Shown here: in pieces, positions 37,984 to 50,803 of the stretch
How the letters are laid out: each line of letters opens with the position of its first letter
Position numbering within the stretch: the stretch's first letter is position 1
Assembly (NCBI GenBank): GCA_030390025.1
Contig: CM059438.1
Span: forward strand, 47,802,001 to 47,866,000
DNA length: 64,000 nt
Source: Squalus acanthias
Taxonomy: Eukaryota
Direction: 5' to 3'
Made by a program: the position numbers and the translations under genes
The notes under the pieces: model-generated
Told to the model about the DNA's origin: nothing
The model's input: only the letters and a program-made list of their open reading frames with translations
The model's database searches: none

Positions 37984-38389
37984 CTGTGACTGTTGACATA
38001 GCAGTCTACAATGTTAAATACTGAGAGAAAAATATAACCAAAAAAACCATAACAGGAAGTAAGGTTTGTGTTCAGTTAAGAGCTTTCGGTTACACAATCT
38101 GATGCACACTTCCAATTGTAATGGGAAAACTTCTGAAATGTAAAGGCAGTAACTGCAAGAGTTTTCTGCAGGTGCTGAGCCTTGCCCTCACCTGATGTGA
38201 GTGGAGGTCGGAGATAGGGTTACAACGTAGTAGTTCCGACTCGTCATTGCCATGCGTGTGCCTCCCAAGGCATCTCCCCCCCCCCCCCCCCCCCACCCCC
38301 CCCCCACCCCGGCAGGAACAGAGCCTTGCAATGTATACACTGTGGTCTCTGTTATGCTGCTGGGAACTATCAACCAACCCAGTTTAGCG

Positions 38390-38820
38390 AAAGAAAGAAC
38401 TTGCATTTATATAGCGCCTTTCACAACCTCAGGGCATCCCTAAGCGCTTTACAGGAATGAAGTACTTTTGACATGAAGTCACTTGTAATGAGGGAAACAT
38501 GGCAGCCAATTTAAGCACCGCAAGCTCCCACAAACAATAATGAGTTAATGACCAGATAATCGTTAGTGATGTTGGTTGAGCGATAAATATTGGACAGGAC
38601 ACCGGGGAGAACTCCCCTGCTCTTCTTCGAAGTAGTGCCATGGGATCTTTGATGTCCACCTGAGAAGGCAGATGGTTTAATGTCTCACCCGAAAGACAGC
38701 ACCTCTGACAATGCAGCACTCCCTCAGTACTGCACTGGAGTGTTAGCCTAGATTATGTCTCTGGAGTGGGACTTGAACCCACAACCTTCTGACTGAGCTA
38801 CCAACTGAGCCAAGGCTAAC
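38390..38820 (-). mobile_element. SacSINE1-like DeuSINE
   Basis: Reverse-complement copy: AAAGAAAGAACTTGCATTTATATAGCGCCTTTCAC...GGGACTTGAACCCAC...CTGAGCCAAGGCT. Confidence 0.88.
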
Positions 38821-41539
38821 TGGGTTTTAGAAATACCATAAAGCAGGAACAACATTGTACAAAAGATATTTGGACTGCAGCAGTTCAAGAAGGCGGCTCA
38901 CCACCACCTTCTCGAGGGCAACTAGGGATGGGCAATAAATGCTGGCCTTGCCAACGATGCCCACATCCCGTGAACGAATATGTAAAAAACAAAATAACTT
39001 TTGCAATCTGGGATGTCTGGATCAAAACAAAAATGGCTAAAATGATCCATTTGACAGGTATGCGGTTGGAAACGGTTTTAGGTTGTCAATTTACAGAAAT
39101 GTTCACATCCAATATTCACATAAGTGGAGGCAAAGTCAGTTGTACCATATTTTTTGACAAATGGATGAAAGTTTAAAAAAAATCCCCTTGTATACAATGG
39201 TAGTGTCGGCAAGAATGTAGAACCCAGCTAAAATGCAACTTTTAATGGGAGTTTGGAGCCAGGGTGGCTCCAGGGAACAAACGTCGCTTGCAATAAAAAT
39301 TCTATTTCAGCTTCTTTTTTAAACAAAAACTAAATTAAGTTGAGTCCAGCCTGTACAGGATTCTTGTCCTCCTTTTGTGATTAATGCTGCATCTGTAACC
39401 AGCAGGGCCTTGACATCGGGCAATATAAATGGAGACGACTGCTTGCCTATTCGATGGAGATTATATCCTACTTTCTAGAAGCCCCAAGCTTCAAGTCCTA
39501 GTTACATGATCTGGTAGGCTAGGAATTCAGCGAAAACATTTCATGCTGTGGATTAATTAAGAATGTTACTAGAATGTGAAGCATTTTCTTTTAGTAACCA
39601 CGTTTATAACCGCGCTTCTGATACAAGTCACTTGATGTACCACCTTTGAATAATAACTCATTCCCCCCGGGATCATTTCTTGGTATCTCTTAACCATCAC
39701 AAAAAACCAAAATAACATCTGAATCATATGTAACTTCTGCCCTGCTTTTTGTTTTGTTGTTGTTTGGGGGGTGGGGGGAGAACCAAAAGTGAACATGAGG
39801 CAACGTAATTAGTGGCATTTACTCAAAAGAACACTCTGCATCTGATGTGGGAACTGAGATCATTCATTTAAGATGGGCAAAGGTTTCCTGTCCAACCATA
39901 AAAGTCACGTGATTTGATCCAGACTGAAGAAAAATCAAGGTTTTTAAACATCCAATTCAGCACTTTTTGCAGAACATGGTCATATGTTTGCTGACCCTGC
40001 GATTAATGTGAATCGTCAACATGACTCCTTTTTACCTAAGATGACCAGCCTTTATATTCCCAAAAAATCCAATCGCTTCGGAGCTTTTAACTATTTTGAG
40101 TCTAAACTGTGTTATTATGGGCAATTTGAATTGGGTCATAATGAATATTTTGTGATTTTAAAAATGAATGTTTTCCACGTAATGTTTGCCGTGTCACTTT
40201 ATACTTCTTTTCCTTCAACGATTCATCAAAGACATAAAACGACAAGACCATTCTTCAACATGGACAACAGATGCTGTGCCCAGGACGTGATAAAATTGAA
40301 ATGAAATACTCCAGCCCTGCCATGCTTTAAGGGCTGCTCCTGTAACTTGTTTAATAGAGAAAACAGGAGAGGCGGGAGGGGCTACTCTAACTGTACCGCA
40401 TTTTTTTTTGCTATATAAGTAATTTTTGAATTGCATTTAATTATAGTCTCACTACAAAGCTGTACAGACTTGAAGGAAAGCTTACACTCCAAAGATATTT
40501 AGTCTTCGCAGCATCAAGTTAAACTTGGGATTCTAGCCAAGCGAAATACATTACAAAGGGTTCTGTGTGTTTTTGAAGCATTTCCATAATTACTTAGAAA
40601 ATGAGTATTCTGCTTTTTCTAATTATACATCTAGTTGGTTTTTTTTTCTGTTTCTCTGAACATGATCTCATCTTTCAGCTTAACAGTGCTTACTATTTCT
40701 GTGCTCATAGTGCCAGGCGTATTGACATAGTTGCATCACCTTTTAACGCTGCATTTGCCACAAGACTAGAACAGCATAGCCAGATTTGGGCGAGTTAACA
40801 GAAGATCCAGTGGAGAGTTTGCACATTACTTTAAATAAACTCCATTAATATTTTCTTTGGAATATAATTTTTTTCCCCCTCCAAGCTCACTTAGTTGACT
40901 TCAGGTGCACAGTTTGTTTCGTACAGTGTTACAAAATAACTGCGCAAAAAAAAAAGGAACAACTTTCTCCTTGCGTCCCACAAATTTGTGTCACCCTGCT
41001 CGATAGCTGGAAGCTGGCTTCGAACAGGGCTGATATCGGCTTCGTCACATTACAGCCCAGTGCTTATGGCCTCCTTTGGTTGGGATTCCCTCTTTGTGGC
41101 GATGCCCCAGCTGAATTTCCAGTGCCTGAGGGCGGCCAACCGCAACTCCCCCCCCCCCCCTCCCCCCACCCCCGCCAGCTTCTGCCGGGACACCCCCGCT
41201 GACCTTTGGATGTTGGGTTACTGACCCTCCCGGATTGTTCCAGAGTCACCAGGAATCTGAGGTTAATCGGGCAACCGGGGAGAAAAATCATAGGGAATTC
41301 TCACAATGAATATTGAACAGTGAGACAGTCCTACAGACTCTGTAGTCCACTTTGATTAAGGCAACCCATGCTTTTCCTCCACCAGTTTATTGTGTACCTG
41401 GTGCTGTGAGTAATCGAGTTTTGAGTAGCTCAGTCCTTAAACCATTATGTTATGTGATGACACCCCCTGACATACGTTCAACCAGGACACTGTAAGGCCA
41501 GGCCTAACAGGCATTCCCTTGCCCCCAACATTCAAATGG

Positions 41540-41860
41540 CGGTAGTGTAGTCGTTATATTACTGGATTAGTAATTCAGAGGCCTGGACTGATAGTCCAGA
41601 GAACGCTGGTATCAATAAAAGTGATCATGAAACTGTCGGACTGTCATAAAAACGTAACTGGTTCACTATTGTCCTTTTAGGGATGGAAACTTGCCATCCT
41701 TACCCGGTCTGGCTCCATTCCCACACCAGCGTAGTTGACTCTTAACTGTCCTCTGAAGTGGCCTAGCAAGCCACTCCATTGTACACTACCTTGCTGGGGC
41801 AACTAGGGATGGACAATAAATGCTGGCCTCGCCAGCGATGCCCACAGCCCGAGAATGAAT
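41540..41860 (+). mobile_element. tRNA-headed SINE sharing the GGGCAATAAATGCTGGCC tail (related copies 61875-62155 minus, 20120-20320 plus)
   Basis: Head GTGTAGTCGTTATATTACTGGATTAGTAATTCAGAGG, body CCTTACCCGGTCTGGC..GACTCTTAACTGTCCTCTGAAGTGG, same tail as the 26805 family. Confidence 0.65.
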
Positions 41861-42770
41861 AATGAGTAGTAAGACGTTCTGCGAAATAGGTCGGAGCTCA
41901 TATTTACCTCATTCGATTCTTCGTTCTATATGCCAGCCCACATCTGCAGAGAAATCAGAGGGGAAGGATGGAAAATCTAGGCCTATGTGATTGACACAAA
42001 TGCAATTTGATAAGGAATAAAATTCAGTTTTAGATCACGTAAAAGAATAAAGAATCAAAAAACTGAAAATCCGACAAGTATAACAAGTTTGGAAGCTTCA
42101 AATGCTGTCCAGGCGTTGTTGAGATTTAAGACTGATGGAATTAAATAAAGTTCTGTTGCGCTATTTCTATTTCATCGCACCTGGCCTTCAGCTGCATGGT
42201 TTAAAGTATATTGCAATAAATGAGAGTTGTTGTGACCTAATGCAGGGTCAGTGCAAAAATGCTCCTTTTTGCGTTTTTTTTTCAAGATAGCTCAGCAGCT
42301 GAATTCCTAAAGTGTAACCTGAAACCTATTTGAAAAGATATTAATCACGGCATCTGGTATTTTACTTTCTGTGAGTTAAAACCGAAGTTTTTGCAAGCAA
42401 ATGTTAGCTCAAGTGTTATATACTTAACTGAGTCAACAGTGTGATTGGCCTGCCCACTCCAATCACACACAACCCAATAAGGGGAACGAGCAAGGTACAA
42501 TAGAAATGGAAGCACAGAGAGAGAGAGAGACTCGCGTTAATGTCACCTCACTGGTGGTCAGACAAGCTGAGCAAGAACTTGCAGACATTCCTGTACTCTT
42601 GAAATCATTTCTTTGTGGCTCAAGGATGAGTTTAATAATCATTTCTTTGTGAGCTCTCAACTGTGACACAACATCTGTAAAATATGTTGCTGAAAGAGAG
42701 GAAATCGTTTGAAACCCTGAAACCTTTTACAAAGTTTGATTGGCATTTCTCAAATCAGATTGTCGATACC

Positions 42771-43093
42771 TGTAATGGGTGTTTAACCCAGCCAGCGAGA
42801 AGATTGTACTTGGCTTGATCAAGCACCTATTACAATGAGCAGATTGTAGTTGTAATGGATGTTTAACCCAGCCAATTCGCAGGATGTACTTGTAATGGGT
42901 GTTTAACCCAGTAAATGAACAGATTACAATTGTAATGGGTATGTTATTCAGCCAATGAACGAATTGCTCTTGTAATGGGTATGTTATTCAGCCAATGAAC
43001 GAATTGCTCTTGTAACGGCTATGTTACCCAGCCAATGAACAAATTGCTCTTGTAATGGGTATGTTGCCCAGACAATGAACAGATTGCACTTGT
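42771..43093. repeat. 40-bp period minisatellite, about 8 units
   Basis: TGTAATGGGT-type unit starts at 42771, 42851, 42891, 42931, 42971, 43011, 43051; the unit at 42811 is degenerate. Consensus about TGTAATGGGTATGTTACCCAGCCAATGAACAGATTGCTCT. Confidence 0.92.
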
Positions 43094-44939
43094 TGTGGTA
43101 ACAATAGCTGAAAGCTATTAAAAAACCTTTTTACAGATGTGATTGTTAAATAATGAATATTAAAGAGAGACGGGCTGCTCTTTGTCCAGAATTGTCTAGA
43201 GTGGGTCTAAATGAAGCCTATGGTATCTCTGGGCAGTTTGATAGTATTTGAAATAGATGAATTTTACAAAAGCTAATAGCCGTATAAGACGGAACACTTG
43301 ACTTTCAAAGATGGCTGGAATAGGGTAGGAATTCAGTTCTGAAATCAGTAATTTCCCAGCGCGTTGTGGACGTAAGCAAGTTTTAACTGCCTTCCAACTC
43401 ATCTGTGACGTGATAATGGCAGCGTTGTTCCATTTCTATGCAAGTCTGGTCAGAAACAACTCTTGTGTCCATTTGTAGAAGCAGCGAGCAACAGTTTACT
43501 GGAAAATACACCAGTGAGTGACATCAGGGACAGATCACCCACAGAGTGCTGATGTCAGGAGATAGTTTATTTTCCAGTAAGCCAGTGTATACAAGTCATT
43601 TGTTGGTTTTCTACCACACGCACTCCATTGACCTCGATGAGCATTTCCAACAGTGATTCTTCAGAGAATGAAGCAAGTGGAATAACTCGGTCTATTATCG
43701 CTTTCAAATACAGTTGGGTTTTATACGTACTTTTTCTTTTAAAAGGCGCTGTGTAATTTTAAGCTTCCCCTTTTTGGATATAAATTTGCAGTTACTAGTC
43801 GAGTCCTGCAAGTTTCAGTGCCAGTTGCCACCCTGTTGGTTAAATGCTGTCCAGTCAGTGTTCTGTGCAGTGCTGTGTAGCACATTAGTGAAGCATTAAC
43901 TTTTGTTTTTGCATAGATCTACTGTGACTCCGAGAGCTTTGAAGTTTGCAATCTGTAATCTAGAATGGGATTAAAAATGTCTTCAAGTGGGGGGGGTGGT
44001 TGCGGGGGGGATAAGATTGTTTTTTTGGTCGGGCGGAAACTGCGATTTGAGCTGAAGGCAGTTTTGTTTGTTTTCTTTCATTGAAAAATGTAAGAACTAG
44101 CAAGAAACAGTGATTCTACTCATGTTCAACAAGCCTGCTCATTAATCTTGCCTCTCCCCAAAATCATTTTGGCATTTTCATTATTTCAATGGGACATTTG
44201 GCTATTTTGCTTCTGCTGATTTTAAGTTGGGATAAAGGTCAAGAGGTTCCAGGAGGTCGACAGAAAGGGGCATTGCCCTCAATACAGTAATTGAGAAAAA
44301 AACCTTGGCCTTAGAACTGTAATTGAGTGAAGCCATAACCACAGTGTTTGTGAAACCGAGCCTGTTGTTAAATACTGAGACCTGTTAAAGATTAGAATCA
44401 TGATTTTTAACTGACTTTATTCCTAAACTGGAGTCTTGAGAGTGAATGAACTTTGTTCCAAGTGAGATAGCTTTGTCATGTTAAATTAAATTAATATTTG
44501 TTAATCAGTTACTAAGGGACATGATTCTGGTTTTTTTTTTTTGTTAATGTTTTTGACCAGACACTGAGCTGTGCTCCCTTCTCACTCTGTAAATACCTGA
44601 GGCAGATTTGCCTCACTGGTACTTTTTTAACACAGCATCCAAGTGATATAATACTTGAAGTAATAAAGAGAAGCCACCAATTATTGTTTCTTTGGGTACC
44701 CGGGATGACAGGCTGACACTAGAGGGCAATTGAGAGCTTCGGAGAACAAGCACAAACTCTAGATATTTCCTCAACGGTGGCTCCTCAAAGTGTATTCGGC
44801 CTGCCTTTGTGCTAATAGAGTTTCCAGTACTAGATCTCAGCTGAGTATTTCTCCCCCCCCCTTACAGTCCTTATAGTGGAGATAAAGACTGGCATAGTGC
44901 AAGTGGGCAAGTTACAGGCTATATTGAATTTTTTTTAAA

Positions 44940-45325
44940 ACTGGCATTTATATAGCGCCTTTCATGACCACAGGACATCCCAAAGCACTTTACAGCCAAT
45001 TAAGTACTTTTGAAGTGTAGTCACTGCTGTAATGTAGGAAACGCGGCAGCCAATTTGCACACAGCAAGCTCCCACAAACAGCGGTGAAATAAATGACCAG
45101 ATCATCTGTTTTAGTGATGTTGGTTGAGGAACAAATATTGGCCCAGGACCCCAGGAAGAACTCCCCTGATCATCTTCGCAGTAGTACCGTGGGATCTTTC
45201 ATGTCCACCTGAAAGGGCAAACAGGGGCCTCGGTTTAATGTCTCATCTAAAAGGCGGCACCTCCAACAGTGCAGCACTCCCTCAGTACTAGCACTGGAGT
45301 GTCAGTCTGGATTATGTGCTCAAAT
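44940..45325 (-). mobile_element. SacSINE1-like DeuSINE, head missing
   Basis: Reverse-complement tail and Deu core. Confidence 0.85.
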
Positions 45326-45775
45326 CTCGTGGGGGGGGGGAATAACTTTTCTCTCTCTCCCCGGCACCTCCTTGCATTATAAATGGATTTCAACAAGAAG
45401 TTAAACCAATAAATATTTCACGAAGGACACATGACAATAGTTGCTGGTTAGTTCATTGTGTTGGATGCTGAGGTATGTGGACTATTTGGTATAAAGTGGA
45501 TCTTCTGACTCAACCATAGGAGCTTAGTCATAATACAGGCCTATATTTTAATATTGAAGCCTCATGTGGCCAATTATGATCTAATGGATGAGAAATGGAG
45601 TCTAGAAAATCTTTTCTCCCTAAACTAACTCCAGATTTGTTGTACATAACAACATGTCGCCAGCCAATATCATTAAACTTTAAATTAAAGTAATGATTTG
45701 AGATTAGATCGTATATGAAAGGAGCGAGTCACTACCTCTACCTGGAGGCCAGTATTCAGCATTAGTTTTCTTTCT

Positions 45776-46042
45776 ATAGAGTTGCCAACCCTCCAGGATT
45801 GCCCTGGAGTCTCCAGGGATTGAAGATTAATCTCTGGGCCACTGCCGCGAGCAAAAACCCATGAGAAAAATCATTGGGGCTTTAAAATCAATTGTCTGTT
45901 TTCTTTGAACACTTTTGCTGCTTAATTATAAAAATATTGCAGATGGGGAAAACCGGCTGTTTGACTGTGTGGGGCGGTTGCAAGTGGGAGCTCGTGTGAT
46001 GTAACCTCCAGGAATACGTCCAACCAGAGTTGGCAACCCTAT
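45776..46042. mobile_element. MITE with AG(G/A)GTTGCCAAC terminal inverted repeats (partial copies about 9300-9500 and 41215-41300)
   Basis: ATAGAGTTGCCAAC at 45776-89 and GTTGGCAACCCTAT at 46029-42; the sub-terminal CCCTCCAGGATTGCCCTGGAGTCTCC recurs at the other two loci. Confidence 0.75.
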
Positions 46043-46065
46043 CTTTGTCTTCCTTTTAATTATAA

Positions 46066-46192
46066 GGCTAGATTCACCACTCCCGCGCTCCCAGCGGAGA
46101 TAGGGCTACAGCAGCGTAGCGCCAATTCACCGACCTGTGCTCCCTTCCAGTGCGGCTTCCCTGCTGGGAGCACGACATCGGTGAATTTGCCC
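46066..46192. mobile_element. Small palindromic MITE-like element
   Basis: GGCTAGATTCACC..CGCGCTCCCAGC / GCTGGGAGCACG..GGTGAATTTGCC imperfect inverted ends. Confidence 0.55.
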
Positions 46193-46394
46193 GCCGACAT
46201 TGTCAATTATAGTTCAAGTGGCGACAGCTGTGGAAGTGAACATAAGCACCGTCGGGGCTACAAATCCCAGGCCCACAAAACACGGCCAGATCCTTGAGAT
46301 ATTAACTCTGATAGACTTAACAAAGGCTGTGACCTTTCGGTCACCTCTGAGACAGAAGGTCGTGGGTTCAAGCCCCCTTCTGAATCTGGTTGCA

Positions 46395-46945
46395 TTTTGT
46401 GAAATGGGGTTTCAGCATTCAGAAGGGGAGACTCGACTATTCCAGTACTCCTCTGGCCGGCTCCCTCCATAAACTTGAATTCATCAAAATTCTGTTGCCT
46501 GTATCCGAACTCGCACCAGGTCCCGTTCACCCATCACCCCTGTGCTTGCTGACCTACATTGGCTCCCGGTCCAACTCCTCAATTTAAAAATTCCCCTAAC
46601 GTTCAGATTCCTCCATGGCCTCGCCCCTCCCTATCTCTGTAACCTCCTCCAGCCCTACAACCCTCCGAGAACTCTGTGTTCCTCCAACTCTGGCCTTCTA
46701 CCCATCTCTCACTCCATTCGGCCCACCATTGGCGGCCGTGCCTTCAGCTGCCTAAGCTCTGGAATTCCTTCCCTAAAACACTCTGCCTCTCCACCTCGCT
46801 CTTCTCCATGACGCTCCTTAAAACCTACCTCTCTCTCCCCCCAATATCTCCTTATGTGGCTCAGTATCAATTTTTGTCTGATTGCGATTCCACCTTGGGA
46901 TGATTTACTAAGTTAAAGGTGCTATGTAACTGCATGTTGCTGTTA
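46395..46945 (+). mobile_element. L2-type LINE 3' end, preceded by a short SINE head fragment (about 46330-46385)
   Basis: ORF 46542..46811 LADLHWLPV...LHGLAPPYLCNLLQPYNPPRTLCSS is typical L2 ORF2 C-terminus. Confidence 0.85.
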
Positions 46946-47039
46946 ATTTGGTGAGCCTCTAGCCTCTGTCTTTATTGTTCTTGCCTCCCGCTGCATCTGA
47001 TTGTTATGCAGCCTAATCGAAAAATAAATAGTGGAAAAG

Positions 47040-47515
47040 AAAATCGGGCGGGGTGTAAACGGACTGCTAATTTGCTATCACAAAAGCAAATGCTGGAAAT
47101 CTGAACTAAAAACAGAAAATGCTGGAAATACTCAGCAGGTCAGGCAGCATCTGTAGAGAGAGAAACAGAGTTAACGTTTCGGGTCGATGACCCTTTGTCA
47201 GAACTGGAAAAAGTTGGAGATGTAAAATACTTTTAAGCAAGTGCAGGGGCAGGGAAAGGGGGGGAGGAGGAGAGGGAAGAACAAAAGGGAAAGTCTGTGA
47301 TCGGGTGGAAGGCAGGAGAGATTAAGAGACAAAAGGGATGATGGTGCAAGGCAAAAGGAGATGGTAATGGGACAAGTTAAGAAACAAAAGATGAGTCCAG
47401 ATGAAGTGTGAATGGCAATGGCAGAATCATCATCAGCTGCCATGTGGGGGGAAAAAAGGGGCAGAGGTTTGCTATCGCCCGTCTTGCACTGCTGCCGAGG
47501 TCGAATTTCACCCCC
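47040..47515. mobile_element. MITE half (GGGGTGAAATT terminal-repeat family) split by the Penelope fragment
   Basis: AAATCGGGCGGGGTGTAAAC...TTTGCTATC|GCCCG...GAATTTCACCCCC; same text as the right arm of the 15269 element. Confidence 0.7.
47080..47467 (-). mobile_element. Penelope-like element 3' end/pLTR (second family) with degenerate hammerhead
   Basis: 9-bp direct repeat TTTGCTATC at 47071-79 and 47468-76. Minus strand reads pyrimidine-rich UTR, then GTT-CTGACAA-A-GGGTC-ATC-GACCC-GAAA-CG-TT-AAC, then CAGATGCTGCCTGACCTGCTGAGTATTTCCAGCA tail. Confidence 0.8.
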
Positions 47516-48559
47516 TATAGGAGGTTGGTGATGGTGAGCATGTGATTTTTTTTTTCACATCAATCTATTTGTAAACTTTTTGCTTAAATCTAGCGTAACT
47601 AAGTGTTCAGCTTGTACTTCCTCATCTTGGACCTACTTTGAGTTTTAGATTTTCCTGAACTCCAATCATTCATCCATTGGGTAAACTGCAGGAATCTTAA
47701 CACCAAAGGACGCCCGATTTCTTTAGCAAGCATGGAGCTGCTGAGTCGCCACCTGCATCAGCTGTTCTTCAAAACTCTTACACAAGTGCAGGTTTCTGAA
47801 ATCTGTTGACCAGTTCATTGGATTATTAAAAATCAATTGTTGGTTTGAGTCTATGGTGTGCACAAACAGTACTCGGTGCTAGAACGAAATCTAAGTTCTA
47901 AATAATATGTTTTAGATTCCTTTTGAATATATGTTTTAAATACGCTCCTGTGTAGCGCCTTAGGACGTTTTTCTACGTTAAAGGTGCTATTAAAGGTGCT
48001 ATATAACCAAGTTTTTAATATTTAATAGATGCAGTTTAAATGTTTTAGATATATTTTTGAGATACAATTTTAGTATGTCTCGTATATGTTTAAAATATGT
48101 TTTGGTGATGGACAGAGCCTAGATCAGCCTACTGGTGCATATCTGTCCCATGGACATCATCTGATTATATTTGACCCAAAAGGAACAATAAACCTCCTGG
48201 CCTCCTCAATTTTGACCCAGGATATCAAACCCTTTAAGATTAGAAGTGAGTATTAAAAGTGCACAGTCCGCTAACACCGGCACCAGTAAGGCCTGTTCAC
48301 TCTCTAATGCGGAGTACTTGTTAATACCTTCCTATTTATTCCTGGGACTGGGCGATGTGGATTACGACCCCCCCTCATTATTTGTTTGCCCCTTACCAGA
48401 AATTGCGGTGGTTGTTTGTTTAGGTTTTATTTGGCCCTCAAGATAATGTTGACCTCGGTGCAGGATTCCCACCGGAGGGCATAGTCCCTTCTTGTAGGTT
48501 TGTTACAACTGGAGTTAGTTGGTGTACCCTAGCGCTGAGTGTGGCAGCAAAACACTAGG

Positions 48560-49481
48560 ACATAAGAACATCATAACATAAGAAATAGGTGCAGGAATAG
48601 GCCATTTGGCCCTTCGAGCCTGCTCCGCCATTCAATAAGATCATGGCTGATCTACCTCATCTCCACTTTCCTGCACTATCCCCATATCCCTTGATTCCCT
48701 TAATATTCAAAAATCTATCGATCTCTGTCTTGAATATACTCAATGACTGAGCCTCTACAGCCCTTTTCGATAGAGAATTCCAAAGATTCACCACCCTCTG
48801 AGTGAAGAAATTTCTCCTCATCTCAGTCCTAAATGGCCAACCCCTTATTCTGAGACTGTGGCCCCTGGTTCTCGACTCCCCAGCCAGGGGAAACATCCTC
48901 CCTGCATCTACCCTGTCAAGCCCTGTAAGAATTTTGTATGTTTCAATGAGATCACCTTTCATTCTTCTAAACTCCAGAGAATATAGGCCTAGTCTACTCA
49001 ATCTCTCCTCATAGGACAATCCCTCCATCCCAGGAACCAGTCTGGTGAACCTTCGTTGCACTCCCTCTATGGCAAGTATATCCTTCCTTAGGTAAGGAGA
49101 CCAAAACTGTACACAATACTCCAGGTGTGGTCTCACCAGGGCCCTATATAATTGCAATAAGACGTCTTTATTCTTTTATACTCAAATCCTCTTGTAATAA
49201 AGGCCAACATACCATTTGCTTTCCTAATTGCTTGCTGTACCTGCATGTTAACTTTCAGTGATTCGTGTACAAGGACATCCAGGTCCCTCTGAACAGCAAC
49301 ATTTCCCAATCTCTCACCATTTAAAAAATATTCTGCTTTTCTATTTTTCCTACCAAAGTGGATGACTTCACATTTCTCCACATTAAATTCCATTTGCCAT
49401 GTTCTTGCCCACTCACCTAACCTGTCTAAATCGCCTTGAAGCCTCCTTGCATTCTCCTCACAACTTACGTTCCCACCCAGC
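48560..49481 (-). mobile_element. CR1/HER1-type LINE 3' fragment, low divergence
   Basis: ORFs 49133..49393 (MEFNVEKCEVIHFGRKN) and 48657..49157 (LYRALVRPHLEYCVQFWSPY...FFTQRVVNLWNSL), separated by one frameshift; (CTTATGTT)n-like tail. Confidence 0.93.
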
Positions 49482-50349
49482 TCACATTCAAAGCAAAATT
49501 TGAATATCCCAGAAAAAGCAAGGCATCCAATGATTTGGAGGTGTTCCTGGAGATGTCGAGTCTCAACATTTCAATCCCCCCAAGTTCTTAAACACCACAT
49601 ATTTGTGCTGTCTTTAAAGTCGATAACGCATAATTAATTCTTTTGCTCCAACGCATTTAATGAGCACTTGACCCACTTACACAACACAATAGCAGCCTCA
49701 CATCAATGCAAACAGCACAAAATGTGTGGTTTAAATCATGTACACTGTGATTACTGAGATGTTTTATTCACTTAGACGAATAAGATACCCAATTTGAGCC
49801 ACAATTAGAAATGTCATATTTATCGTGCACAATAACTTCATAAATCTGCAAGGGAAATATTCCGCTGGGCTGCCTTTGGCGTATGTGCTTTAAATCATTA
49901 AGCTGCCTTAAATAACGCTGGCAGGATTTTGGTTCAGAGAGTTTTAACGGAAGATCTTCATCGGTACGCATTTAATGAGCATAGGTTTCTTGGCATTGTT
50001 CAAGAGATGCACAATATAGCGTGCAATATTTGCAAAAGTAACATTTGGAAATGTTGAATATTCTAAATTAAAACGAGAGAGAATGTTAATCGTCCAAAGT
50101 TGTATCCAGTCATCAATAATTTATTTCAGATGAGACCAAATATGCGAAGGAAAACGCCTACTAAAATTTAATTAAATGCAAACTAGTGTGGAGATTCTAT
50201 AAGCTTGTTCTGAGCACTGAATTCTCTGTCATCTGTTGGCACTTCAATGGGTAAGACTTGCAAACAGCGCTAACAATCTCTGCTGTTTTTTGTGTCACTT
50301 GGTCTGTTCTTCTTTGTTACTGAAATCGAATGGTGCACTAAAGTCCAGA

Positions 50350-50803
50350 AAGAAAGGACTTGCATTTATATAGTGCCATTCATGACCTCCGGATATCCAA
50401 AAGCGCTTTACAGCCAATGAAGTACTTTTTGAAGTGTAGTCACAGTTATAATGGAGGAAACGCAGCAGCCAATTTGTGCACAGCAAGCTCCCACAAACAG
50501 CAATGTGATAATTACCAGATGATCTGTTTGTGATGTTGGTTGAGACATAAATATTTGCCAGGGAGAGCTCTCCTGCTCTTCTTCCAGTCGTGCTATGGGA
50601 TCTTTTACATCCACCTGAGAGGGCAGACGGGGCCTTGGTTTAACATCTAATCTGAAAGACAGAACCTCTGACAGTGCAGTACTGAGGGAGTGCTGCACTG
50701 AGTGTTAGCCTGAATTATGTGCTCAAGTCTCTGGAGTGGGGGCTCGAACCCGCGACCTTCTGACTCAGAGGCGAGAGTGTTACCACTGAGCCAAGGCTGA
50801 CAG
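50350..50803 (-). mobile_element. SacSINE1-like DeuSINE
   Basis: Full reverse-complement copy ending CCACTGAGCCAAGGCTGACA. Confidence 0.88.

Noticed and set aside
42771-43093. CRISPR-like 40-bp periodic array
   Set aside because: Whole units are homologous; it is a minisatellite.
48657-49393. Host protein-coding gene on the minus strand
   Set aside because: CR1 ORF2 C-terminus, 5'-truncated and frameshifted.
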